This document shows positions 25,996 to 37,567 of a stretch of 64,000 bases of DNA, in pieces. The notes beneath the pieces were generated by a model. That model was not told where the DNA came from. It saw only the letters and a list, made by a program, of their open reading frames with translations, and did not search any database. The translations under genes and the position numbers were made by a program. This stretch comes from Malacoraja senta (taxonomy: Eukaryota): positions 62,001-126,000 of the forward strand of contig JAXLNO010000423.1 of NCBI GenBank assembly GCA_038087875.1, read 5' to 3'. How positions within the stretch are numbered: the first letter of the stretch is position 1; each line of letters starts with the position of its first letter.

Positions 25996-26906
25996 CTTCT
26001 GCTCATTAAGGTAAGTAGTAACCCTCTCAGGAGACAGTTCTTAAAGTCCTCCATAATTATCAAGGCCCGCAGTTGCCCATCATCCTTCACTCCTTGAGAA
26101 GCGCACCACCTGTCAAAAAGTGTCTCCTTCTCCCTAGCAAACTCCACATAAGTCTGACTATCAAACTTCCTAAAGCGCAGGAATTTCTGCCGGTACGCCT
26201 CTGGAACTAATTCATAAGCTCTTAATACTGTAGACTTCACACACTCATAGTCCAGACTGCTTTCAACAGACAAAGACGAGTACACCTCCCATGCTTTACC
26301 CACAAGGTCACACTGCAATAGCAAGGTCCACACGTCCCTAGGCCACTTCAAGGACAAAGCCACCCGTTCAAACACTGTGAAATACTTGTCTACATCGTTC
26401 TCACTAAAGGGGGGAACCAGGCGGATGTTCTTGCTCATATCAAACTCCCGTTCCCTAGAAGAAACCCGGGAGGTATCCAATTCCTTCTCCCGCAGCCTAA
26501 TCTCTGCCCTCTTGGTTTCCTCCTCAGCCCCACGCAGCTGAATCTCTGCTCTTTTGGTCTCCTCCTCTGCTCTTTTGGTCTCCTCCTCTTGGGAGACTCT
26601 TTTGGTCTCCTCCTCTGCTCTTTTGGTCTCCTCCTCTTTCATTGCCAGCTCTCACTCCTTCAACCTAATGACTGCCGCCATGTCCTGACCAGGCTGAACA
26701 GAAGGTGTGGGAGTGTCTGCACAGTCAGGCAAAACCCCACCCTCCACCAATGCAGCCCACAACACCGATTTAATGGACTGTTTCCTTGAATGTGGGTTAA
26801 TAGGCACTTCATAGTTCTCTGCCAGAAAAATCAAATGCTCCTTCGTACATCTATTAAATAATTCCTGACTAGGAGCTTCAATAAATTCCTTCCCTTTAAA
26901 CTCCAT
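25992..26906 (-). pseudogene. gag: gag with SCAN-like capsid region, copy A (in-frame TGA at 26652-26654)
   Basis: VPPFSE.DV..YF..FER, W....W..LL and VK..VL.AYELVPEAYRQKF motifs. Confidence 0.9.
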
Positions 26907-27099
26907 ATCAAATGTAGCACCAAACCACCAGATAAACCCTGGGCACCAATGCTACCACAAACAGGGAATAAACATTTCCCTCACAACACAGACTGCCTCA
27001 AGGCAGGGAAGAAAAACTTCCCTCACACACACAGACTTCCTTAGTCACCAGAAGCCTACCAAAAAAAAAACCCAAAACGTCTAGGGTCCTCAAAACTTA

Positions 27100-27112
27100 G
27101 GACGAGCCCCCA
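27100..27112 (-). promoter_or_regulatory. Primer-binding site, tRNA-Pro
   Basis: Minus strand TGGGGGCTCGTCC, 3 nt from the 5' LTR. Confidence 0.9.
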
Positions 27113-27115
27113 TTT

Positions 27116-27697
27116 TGTTACGACTCCCGAATGCAGGTACTTCAGAGCCGCGTAACATAATTCAAAAACCAGGTTCAAGTTCAAAAATAGTATTAATTAT
27201 TCAATGGAACACAAAACCCAAACCTGATTCAAACAACCCAGTCAGGGATATGGATGGACTAACAAACCATTTAACAGTGCTCCAGCCAGCCACGTGATGG
27301 ACTGTCGAACCGGAGACTCTAAAACCTGCCTAAAGAGATATAACCCTGAAACAAAATACACGAAAACACTAAGGTCAGCCCTTATCCGTCCCAATTCAAT
27401 ATTTGTTAATAAGTAATGGTGAAAGTACACAAAGTTCTATGCCAGGTGGCCAGGCCTTCCGCAGCTCACTCCAGCAGTCAGCTCACAAGTCAGGGTCGAT
27501 GAAGAAGAGAGAGAATCCTGGGAGCTCTGGTATTTAAGCTCCAGATGAGTCACCCATCACCTGACGCAGCTTGGCCAATCGGGTACAGGAGCCTTTTAAC
27601 CCCTTGATTCCAGACTCATAGCCACAAAGCCTGCACTCGGGAAAGAAACAGAGAAGGGTAAGTACATAGCATTCACCAGGGGGGGAAGCGCCTTACA
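27116..27697 (-). repeat. 5' LTR, copy A
   Basis: Direct repeat of 21575-22156. Confidence 0.97.
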
Positions 27698-28834
27698 GTA
27701 TCGTACATGTCACCTGAGGACCACTGTAACTTAGGACTCACTGCACCTCCTGGACTCACCACACCTCCTGGCTGTGGGGCGATAGCAGGACTGGCCTTCA
27801 GCATTCAGCCAAGTAGGTGCGGACAGGTAGCTGAGAGGAGTCCTCCTCGATGTGGCCCAATGACTCAATAATCTTAAAATATACTTACATCCAAAATCAC
27901 CAGCCCTAGCTTTCTTGGATATGTCTTATTGCTAACTGGGCAATAACTTGATATCTTTACCTGGATTTTAATGTTAAGTTTCTTGTGAAAAGACTGGACC
28001 CAGGCAGCCTGAGGCAGTTTAGAAAGCAAACCCTGCATGCCTGTACTTCAGGGGCCTACACACATCGTTATCTAATTTGTAACAAAATTGAACACTGTTA
28101 TTCATGCACCGAGTTCCAGTCCATTGTGAGTACATAAACAGTTTTGGGGTGGAAGATTCACTAGGTTTTCACCACAATGTCCATAAGATTATCGTGCCTG
28201 GTGCCTTATTGTAAGTTGTGAACTGTGTTCCCTGTTCAAAATGTGTTAACTGCTTGCATTTGTATTGTGCTTTTCACGTTGTGAGGTGACCCAAGGTGTA
28301 TCAAGAGCAGTGTGTGGCATTCCATGTTGGAATTTACCAGGCATAGCAGATCCTTGCCATTAAATCTCTGCAAGTCCACTTACTATTCAGTTAGGCTCAT
28401 CAAACATCACGAAGGAGCCCCTTGAAATTTAACTCCTCGGGCAATTGTGGTCTGTTAATGGATCCTTGTTATAGGAGCGCAGTGATTTCACAGATGGCAT
28501 TAAACCATTGTTGCATTACACAGATTAGGTTGAATTAGGCTGAACAGTAAGACAAGCGTGGGGATCATGAAGAGCAGTCAAGCTGACCCATTGACTGGAC
28601 TGCATGTGCCATGTCAACTTTGTAGTGTTGCCTGCTATTAACAACAATTGCCACAGTAAGAAATAGAAGCAAAGAACTGCAGATGGTGGTTAATACGACA
28701 CAATGGACACAAAGTGCTGGAATAACTCAACAGGTCAGTCAGCATCCCTAATAGGTGATGGTTTGGGCCGAGACCTTTCTTTGGACTCTTTACAGCTACA
28801 TAATTTGTCACATTCATTTTATTCCAATCATATA

Positions 28835-29640
28835 GTGTGGCGGCGCCTAACGGCAGCGGCTCGGCTGCAGTCCGTCTGTCTTTTTTTTATTTTCGTCTCG
28901 TTAAATGTATGTTTTGATCCTAGTTTTTATTATTTTTTTAGTTGTGTATATGTTGGGGGGGGGGGGGAGGACCGTTTAATCACTTCCCTGTACGGGGACC
29001 CGACTTTTTCCCTGTCGGGTCTCCGATGTCGTTGGGCCTAACATCGTGGAGCCGGCGGCGGCCTCCGGCCGGGACCAACCTGAGGGCTCCAGTCGCGGAG
29101 CCTGCGGACCTGCCATCGCGGAGCTGGCCGACTTTGGAACGGGGAGAGTTGTGGTGGTGCTCGGCTGCAACCCGACTTTGGAGCTTCGGAGGCTCCGGCC
29201 GCAGCCATCGGTGGACAGTGGCATCGGTGGACAGTAACATCGGGAGCTCGCAGGTCCCTGGTGGGAGACCACTTTTCGGAGCTCCCGCAACGGCAACTTC
29301 TCCCGCCGGAATCACGGGGTGAAATGACTTGGAGCGGGGCCTAACATCGCCCGGCGCGGCTTAAACGGCCGCGGGACTTACCATTGCCCGTCGGGGGCTT
29401 TAATATCGGGAGCCCCAGTCGCCTCGACATTGCAGTTGGACTGCTGGACCGCGGGAGAAAAACTAGGGAAGAGATAAGACTTTTACCTTCCATCGCAGTG
29501 AGGAGGTGTTGGAGATTCACTGTGATGGATGTTTGTGTTAAGTGTGGGTCTTGTTTTTTTTTGTAATGTTATGAATGTAGAAATGCAATTTTGTTCAAAC
29601 CAAGCTGAAAGACAATAAAAGGCATTCTATTCTATTCTTT
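28835..29640 (+). mobile_element. GC/CpG-rich non-coding retroposon with (ATTCT)n tail
   Basis: CpG-rich body, internal short repeats, AATAAA plus microsatellite tail. Its 3' motif is shared with 1-260. Confidence 0.6.
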
Positions 29641-29651
29641 TCTAATCTATA

Positions 29652-30150
29652 AACTTTATTCAGAAAGATATATATATATATATGCAAAACAAAAAATGTG
29701 AAAAAATGCTTCAGACATTGTCAGCATCTATACATTTATTAGTATCATACTCATCGAATTTACAATTATCTTGGAATATGCAACACACCCTCGCCACTCA
29801 TGTGCCCCCCTGCAATGATATCCATTCTCTTATTTGATGGGTATCCCCATCGGACTCTGCCCCTCAATATCCAACAGCAGCAGGACCTTAAATCATGGTC
29901 CTTCTCCACAGAGCCTTGGTGTTGGCGGCAGCAGGCTTCAGCAAGTCTCTCAGCATGTACTCCTGCAATCTGGAAAGGTCCAGTCAGCAACATTCCCTGA
30001 TGGATATCTTGGTCCGCTGGGAAGGCCAACAAGTTTCAGGCGGACCAAACAGCGTCTTTCACTGAGTCTCTTACTTATGCTCCCTATACAGCTGCAGATG
30101 GTGTCCGTGTGTGCATGTGCATCATTTAAGAGTTTGTAGCACCCAATAAA
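29652..30150 (-). mobile_element. Tx1/L1-clade LINE 3' end, decayed
   Basis: Minus strand reads ...KDA.WSA.NLL...RLQEYMLRDLLKPAAANTKALWRRT*, followed by UTR and AATAAA. Confidence 0.65.
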
Positions 30151-31860
30151 CAATCAGTGCCAAGTCTAATCCACACCCTGTGTATTTTACAGACATCTAT
30201 ACCTGCAAATGTTGGTGGTTTCTTAATTATCAGTGAGGACATATATTTTTCTTGTTAGGCCTCACGTGCCCCAGAGCAAGTTCAGATGAACTATTATATT
30301 AATATTTGGTCCATCATTAGTTTTTCTGAACTGGGTCAATCTCATTAGAAATCAGATATGAACATCTTGAATTTCTGCTTCACTGAGATGTACCGCTTAA
30401 TGATGTGTGAAATCCACATTGAATGTGGTCACTGCTGTAACTGAAAATGCATTTTGCGGCCATCACACATAGGTTGTATTAACTTTTATCCTTACTTTAG
30501 GGGATGCCACATAAGGGGGAACAAATACCTGTGGGGGGTTTTTGTACTCGGATGTCACATATCTGAAGCCCAGTGTATTAAAACAATATTAACCCAGAAT
30601 TAGCTGTGAGAATGACAGGCATTTTAATGGCCCTTGATGTTACTTGTATGTTGATAACCTTGCAATTTCTGGAGAAGAAGTGATGGTCTTCAGACTGCAA
30701 GTTGACACAAATTGTGGAATGATTTGCACATCTTCTCCATTAGCCTTCTGGGTTTGCAGGAGTTTGGCTGCGACTTCCATGTGAGTTTCAAAAAGCCACT
30801 GTGGCTGCACTGTTAAAATGAATTAAACTTACCATAGAACTTTAGCTTTGGCGTGAAACTGCAGAAGGGTTCTTTTAATGAGGAAGATTGCATCTTAATC
30901 CCTATCGCCCAGAATGAGAGCAGAGAGCAACATGTCCTTCCTACCGAATGTAAATCATTGCGAACGTTTCAAAAACATTAAACATTAAATGCATTTATTT
31001 TTCCAGTTTTTATTTTTGATTTGCTCTTTCTTAATATAGTTATTCTTTTTCTGTCCTTACCGTTTTTTTTTCCTGTTTTCTGAAGAGACTTCGATGCACT
31101 ACATTTCTGTCTGTTCTACGACTCCTTATTTAACAATCAGTAAGCTTCACTGAGTAGAGGAGATAAACAATGATTCTCATGATTCATCTGGGTGCCAGAT
31201 TCAATGAGTCCGCCAAACTCTTATTAGCTCACACTTCCATCAAGATGCAGTACAATCACTTTGTGAAATGAAGGTTGAGGGAAACAATCTCCTATCCGGG
31301 CTTGACACGACTGGCATCTGCTCAGGAAAATATAGGCCGTTTATTGTCAGCTATTCAGTCATCATTGTCCAATTCATTCTGGTCAGCAAATCCCACCGAT
31401 ACAAGGATTATGTTTGGCTGGTAAACTTGATCGTTAATCAATCTGCTGTTCCTGTGAATTGAGATATGTTTTTCTAGTGGAGTAAGCAACATTATGTTGT
31501 TACATTAGTTATGCAGGCAATGCCAGCTTTTTATTGACTATTTCATTTGTCAGCCCTACTCTTGTTACTTCCACATTTGACTATTTTCAACTTGACTTGG
31601 CCAGCTTCAACTTGCATCCTTCATGATCTCTGCTACCTACATCTTTATATGTACTAATACACAAAGTGCTGGAGGAGCTCAGCGGCTCAGGCAGCATCTG
31701 TGGAGGGAACGAACAGCTGATGATTTGGGTTGGGTCCCTTTTCTGATTGATATTTACTGTCCCATTTACCTATTATTCCCATGGTTGCTGTACTACAGTG
31801 GTCTATAGTAGCCCAGTAATTCTGAGGCTATGATCTCTAGTCCTAGACTCTCCTACTATG

Positions 31861-32077
31861 GAGTCTGTGGAATTCTCTGCCTCAGAGGGCGGTGGAGGCA
31901 GGTTCTCTGGATGCTTTCAAGAGAGAGCTAGATAGGTCTCTTAAAAATAGCGGAGTCAGGGGATATGGGGAGAAGGCAGGAACGGGGTACTGATTGGGGA
32001 TGATCAGCCATGATCACATTGAATGGCGGTGCTGGCTCGAAGGGCCGAATGGCCTACTCCTGCACCTATTGTCTATT
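31861..32077 (+). mobile_element. CR1 3' end
   Basis: LWNSLPQRAVEA..GYGEKAGTGY* and (ctattgt) tail. Confidence 0.9.
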
Positions 32078-32407
32078 ATCCAAGCCTTTCAAAATCCCCT
32101 AGTATTAAGCTATGTGAGGCATGGATGACAGACATAGATGATGTGCCTCAACTTTAACTTAGGTTAACATCAAGTAGAATCTTTAAATGAGCGAGCTACA
32201 AACTTCCTAATGGAGCGCAATGAAGGAAAAAGTGGAATTGTCATTTTGGCTGGTACAATCATAAAATACAAGCACATTATTCACCTGGGAAAGACACAAA
32301 ATGCTGGAATAACTCAGTGGGTCAGGCAGTGTCTCTGGAGAACACGGGTAGGTGACGTTTTGAGTCGGGACCTTCTTCAGACTGAAGAAATTTCTCCTCA
32401 TCTTCCT

Positions 32408-33208
32408 AAAACATAGAAACATAGAAACATAGAAAATAGGTGCAGGAGTAGGCCATTCGGCCCTTCGAGCCTGCACCGCCATTCAATATGATCATGGCTG
32501 ATCATCCAACTCCTTTAGCCACAAGGGCCACATCTAACTCCCTCTTAAATATAGCCAATGAACTGGCCTCAACTACCTTCTGTGGCAGAGAGTTCCAGAG
32601 ATTCACCACTCTCTGTGTGAAAAATGATTTTCTCATCTCAGTCCTAAAAGACTTCCCCTTATCCTTAAACTGTGACCCCTTGTCCTGGACGTCCCCAACA
32701 TCGGGAACAATCTTCCTGCATCTAGCCTGTCCAACCCCTTAAGAATCTTGTAAGTTTCTATAAGATCCCCCCTCAATCTAAATTCTAGCGTGTACAAGCC
32801 GAGTCTATCCAGTCTTTCTTCATATGAAAGTCCTGACATCCCAGGAATCAGTCTGGTGAACCTTCTCTGTACTCCCTCTATGGCAAGAATGTCTTTCCTC
32901 AGATTTGGTGACCAAAACTGTACGCAATACTCCAGGTGTGGCCTCACCAAGACCCTGTACAACTGCAGTAGAACCTCCCTGCTCTTATACTCAAATCCTT
33001 TTGCTATGAATGCTAACATACCATTCGCTTTCTTCACTGCCTGCTGCACCTGCATGCCTACTTTCAATGACTGGTGTACCATGACACCCAGATCTTGTTG
33101 CATATCCCCTTTTCCTAATCGGCCACCATTCAGATAATAGTCTACTTTCCTGTTTTTGCCACCAAAGTGGATAACCTCACATTTATCCACATTATACTGC
33201 ATCTGCCA
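32408..33208 (-). mobile_element. CR1 3' fragment
   Basis: ORF 32633-33202 (RPHLEYCVQFW); (ACATAGAA)n tail. Confidence 0.92.
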
Positions 33209-33778
33209 TAAAAGAACGTCCTTTAATTCTGAGGCTTCTACCTCTAGTCCTGGACTCTCCTACTAGTGGAAACGTCTTCTCCACATCCTCTCTATCCAAG
33301 CCTTTCACTATTCTGATAGCAGTATTAGCAGTGGGTCAGAGACGATTTACTAAACTGTCACTTTTAATGGGTGGGTTGTGTTATGAGGAGATGTTAGAAA
33401 TGGAATGCTTGTATCTGCAGGAGTTTAGAAAAGAGGCTTGATTGAACCATATAAGTTTGTGAGTCGTTGGTAGGGTGGATGTGGTGAGGATATATCCTTT
33501 TGTCAATCTAGATAGGATTCACTATTTAAATCTGAGAGGTAGTCTATTAAGACCAAGACATTTCCTCTTTCAGAGGGTTGCAAGTCTTTGAAACTCTTCC
33601 TCAAGCAATGGAGGTAGTCCTTGATTTTTTTTGAAGGCTGAGCCAATTAGATTTCTTATATTTATTAACTTTTACCATATGTTTATTAACAAATTTTATT
33701 ATGACATGGAAATATGCCATTTGGCCCATCTACACACATGGCTGTCCTTGATCACCAAAGGATAGGATATCAGTACAT

Positions 33779-34083
33779 TTGGTTTACTTTAGAGATACAG
33801 TGCGGAAACTGGCCCTTCGGCCCGCACTGAACAGTGACCCCTGGTACACCAGCACACACTACACACTAGGGACAATTTACAATTTTTACCAAAGCCAATA
33901 AACCTACAAACGTGTACATCTTTGGAGTGTGGGAGGAAACCAGAGCACCCGGGGAAAACAAATGCGGTCACGGGGAGAACATACAAACTTCACCCGTAGC
34001 ACGGGGAGAACAAACAGACAGCACCCGTAGTCAGGATGAACCCGGGTCTCTGGCGCTGTAAGGCAGCAATTCTACCGCTGCGC
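33779..34083 (-). mobile_element. HE1/V-SINE-like SINE
   Basis: Reverse complement of the family at 10467, with a small internal duplication. Confidence 0.85.
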
Positions 34084-34881
34084 TAGGTCATTAGCATTGG
34101 ATGGTGGGGTTGAAAGTAGAAATAGGTAGCTGAGCTTACAATCAAATCATTCATGATATTACAAATAGTAGTCAAAATGTCACCTATCATGTTTGATGGG
34201 CTGAATGGTCTACTCCTGCTCCTAAAGTAATGGATCCCCATGTATTCACACTGGCTGATGTTGCATAGATCAGTGGTGTCATAACTGGTGCAGATGGGAG
34301 CACAAAGTGACAGAGACCGTGATTACGGATGTGGACAAAATTGTAGCAGATGGATTCCTGACAAAGGCATAGGAAAGGCCTCAGTAACCAATCTTTCAAG
34401 CCTCATCCATTGCACCTACACAATAGATCACCATGGCACCCCGTACCAACACCTTTCCAAAGAGTTTCTGGGTTATAAAGGTTACGAAGATTTGTAATGC
34501 CCTATGGAAAATTATTAACAGAAACAGAAAGCTTTCAATCTATTAGAGGTTATTGAATAAATATTTGAAAAAGCAATATATAAAAGGGTTTGAGGAGGAC
34601 AAGGGAATTAAGATGACGTATACGCTGGCTTTTAGAGAGACAAAGTGTTTGAGCAGCAGTGTTAGAATTTTCCAGCAAACTTAAATTTGCTGTTTCCACC
34701 ATTTTAGTGCATCTTAACAACAAGAGTTTCAATAAATGTGTTTGATTTGAATTTCTTAATTATTCCAAGCAGGAATGAAATGAGAGTTTTCAAAAATAAT
34801 AAAACTATTTCAAATTATTCATCAAATTATTTGGAGCAGCACAGTGGTGCAGCTGGTGGAGCTGCTGCCTCACAGCACTAG

Positions 34882-35594
34882 AGACAATAGACAATAGGTG
34901 CAGGAGTAGGCCATTCGGCCCTTCGAGCTAGCACCGCCATTCAATGTGATCATGGCTGATCATTCCCAATCAGTACCCCGTTCCTGCCTTCTCCCCATAT
35001 CCCCTGACTCTGCTATTTTTAAGAGCCCTATCTAGCTCTCTCTTGAAAGCATCCAGAGAACCTGCCTCCACCGCCCTCTGAGGCAGAGAATTCCACAGAC
35101 TCACCACTATTTCTGAGAAAAAGTGTTTCCTCGTTTCCGTTCTAAATGGCTTTCTCCTTATTCTTAAATTGTGGCCCCTGGTTCTGGACTCCCCCAACAT
35201 CGGGAACATGTTTCCTGCCTGTAGCCTGTCCAAGCCCTTAACAATCTTATATGTTTCACTGAGATTCCCTCTCATCCTTCTAAACTCCAGAGTGTACAAG
35301 CCCAGCTGCTCCATTCTCTCAGCATATGACAGTCCCGCCATCCCGGGAATTAACCTTGTAAACCTACGCTGCACTCCCTCAATAGCAAGAATGTCCTTCC
35401 TCAAATTAGGGGACCAAAACTGCACACAATACTCCAGGTGTGGTCTCACTAGGGCTCTGTACAACTGCAGAAGGACCTCTTTGCTCTTATATTTGATTCC
35501 TCTTGTTGTAAAGGCCAACATGCCATTCGCTTTCTTCACTGCCCGCTGTACCTGCATGCTTAGTTTCATAGATTGATGTACAAGGACCCCCAGA
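34882..35594 (-). mobile_element. CR1 3' fragment
   Basis: Open ORF 34970-35569; (ACAATAG)n tail. Confidence 0.92.
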
Positions 35595-35692
35595 CTTCCG
35601 GTGGCGCTATGGAGTAAGAGAGACTCGCACCGACTAGCTCCGTGAAAAAAACGCTGAAAACGGGGGAAAAAGACGGGACCTACCTGCAGTAA

Positions 35693-36770
35693 ATGGCACC
35701 GATTGTTTGCAGTAAGTTCGTGACGTCATCAGGCGCGCGACACCGGCAGCATGTTGATTCAACATACCCCCCGCGCAAGGCGAGAAAAACCGGCAAGGGA
35801 AAAGAGGTAGGCCCAACTGAAGCCTCGGTTTTAACAGCATCCCAAGAAGATATCTCAAAGAAGAAAAAGACAGATGTGGAAGAATTAAAAATCTTCTTTA
35901 CACAGGAAATCTCTAAAATAATGAAAGAAATTAAAAATCTTAAACAGGATCTGATTTCTTTTAAAGAGGAAATTAAAGAACAAATTAAAGAAGAAGTTAC
36001 AACTTCTATACATGAAGTTCTGGAAGATTGGAAGTTAGACATGGAAGAAAATATGAAACAAAATATTGAAGAAGTAAATGATAAACTGAATTCGATGGAA
36101 TCTAAATTTGATTCTAAGTTGGAGCCTATCCTCCAGACATTAAATCAACACCAACAGGTTGTGACGGAATTAGAGGAAATTCCTGAGACGAGCACCGAAA
36201 CTACAAATAAACTTATTGCCGAGAACAAACGCCTATCAAAGTTATTACATCAAATAACCGAAAAATGTATTGACTTGGAGGGACGACAGAGACGCCAGAA
36301 TTTAAGAATCGTAGGCATCCAGGAAGGCAGAGAGGGGAATCGTGACCCCTGTGAATTTGCTGCAGATCTACTGAAAAAAGTCTTGAATTTGGATCAAGCA
36401 CCACTACTTGCCCGAGCGCACAGAGTATCGAGACGTCACTATCAGTTGTCTTGGATCAAGACAACTGATAGTGAAGGTGCAATATGACCATGTTTTGGAT
36501 AATATGATGAAGATAATTGTTCAAAGCAGAAACCTTGTATTTGAAGGAGACAAGATCAGCATATTTAGAGATTATCCTGTGGAAGTTGCCAAGAAGAGAG
36601 CGCTGTTTACAGAAACAAGAAGAATACTTAAGAATATAAACAATTAGAGATATGGACTGTTATACCCTGCAACATTAAGAGTAACCTACGAGCGGAAGGA
36701 ACATTTCTTCATCAAGCACGCAGAAGCACTTGAATTCGCCCAGAGCATCGTGAATAAGTCCGAAGATTGA
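35693..36770 (+). pseudogene. L1 ORF1 (coiled coil - RRM - CTD), frameshift and stop
   Basis: DLEGRQRRQNLRIVGIQEG, RAHR, IFRDY and YPATLRV motifs. Confidence 0.92.
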
Positions 36771-37567
36771 ATAATACCCTACGCCCAACATTCACCTGAA
36801 GATATCGGACATTGTTACCCTGCAGAGAAGAAATGGAACTTTAAACTATTATACTTAAGAACTGTCCAAAATCTGCAATAAGAATTGGGCAAATAGATTG
36901 CTACTGATATATAATATTTACATTTTAGTACTAATTTCTAACAACTATTACTAATTATGAATACTAATTACTAATTATTGTTAACTGGATCAACTCTGAA
37001 TTAATTAATACTATGAAATATAAGTATAGTGTGATTCAGGTAATTTATTAATAAAAATTTAGGACGTTTTTTCTTTGATATTTTTGATTTTACTCTTTAA
37101 CAATGTTTTTTTTTTTTTAATATTTTGGCAACTAACATTTTAATTTGAGACTAATAATTATTTCAATTATGGAATATAACTACTGTTTCCCTCCCCCCCA
37201 TAAATTGTTTTCATTGTAATTGAAACTTACCTTTTAAGGAAAGTACAGAGCTAGTATTATTTTTTTTTTTTACCAAAAGCTACGGAAGTCCTTAGATGCT
37301 TAGCCACATCACTAACTGCACTAACCATAGTTGTAGTTTTCTTCTTTTTCTACTCTTTACACGTTATTAATGCAACTTCTTTTTATCTTTTTTATCTTAT
37401 GTTATATTATATTTTGTATTTGGAATGGAATTATATATTTTATTTAGGGAGATATGTCCGGATGGTAAACCGACGGGACCTAAAATTCATCTACCTGATG
37501 TTTGGGTATAAGGTGGGGTTTGGTGTGCTGAGCCATCTGCTCTAACATAGACCACTTTAATCACAAG

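Larger units (their letters stand above)
21575..27697 (-). mobile_element. Full-length Gmr1-type Ty3/gypsy LTR retrotransposon, copy A
   Basis: 582-bp LTRs TG...CA (21575-22156, 27116-27697), tRNA-Pro PBS, PPT, GTATC flanks and gag-PR-IN-RT-RH order. Confidence 0.97.

Noticed and set aside
28942..29322. Overlapping GC-rich ORFs on both strands
   Set aside because: No recognisable domain; expected from the low stop-codon frequency of a GC-rich repeat.
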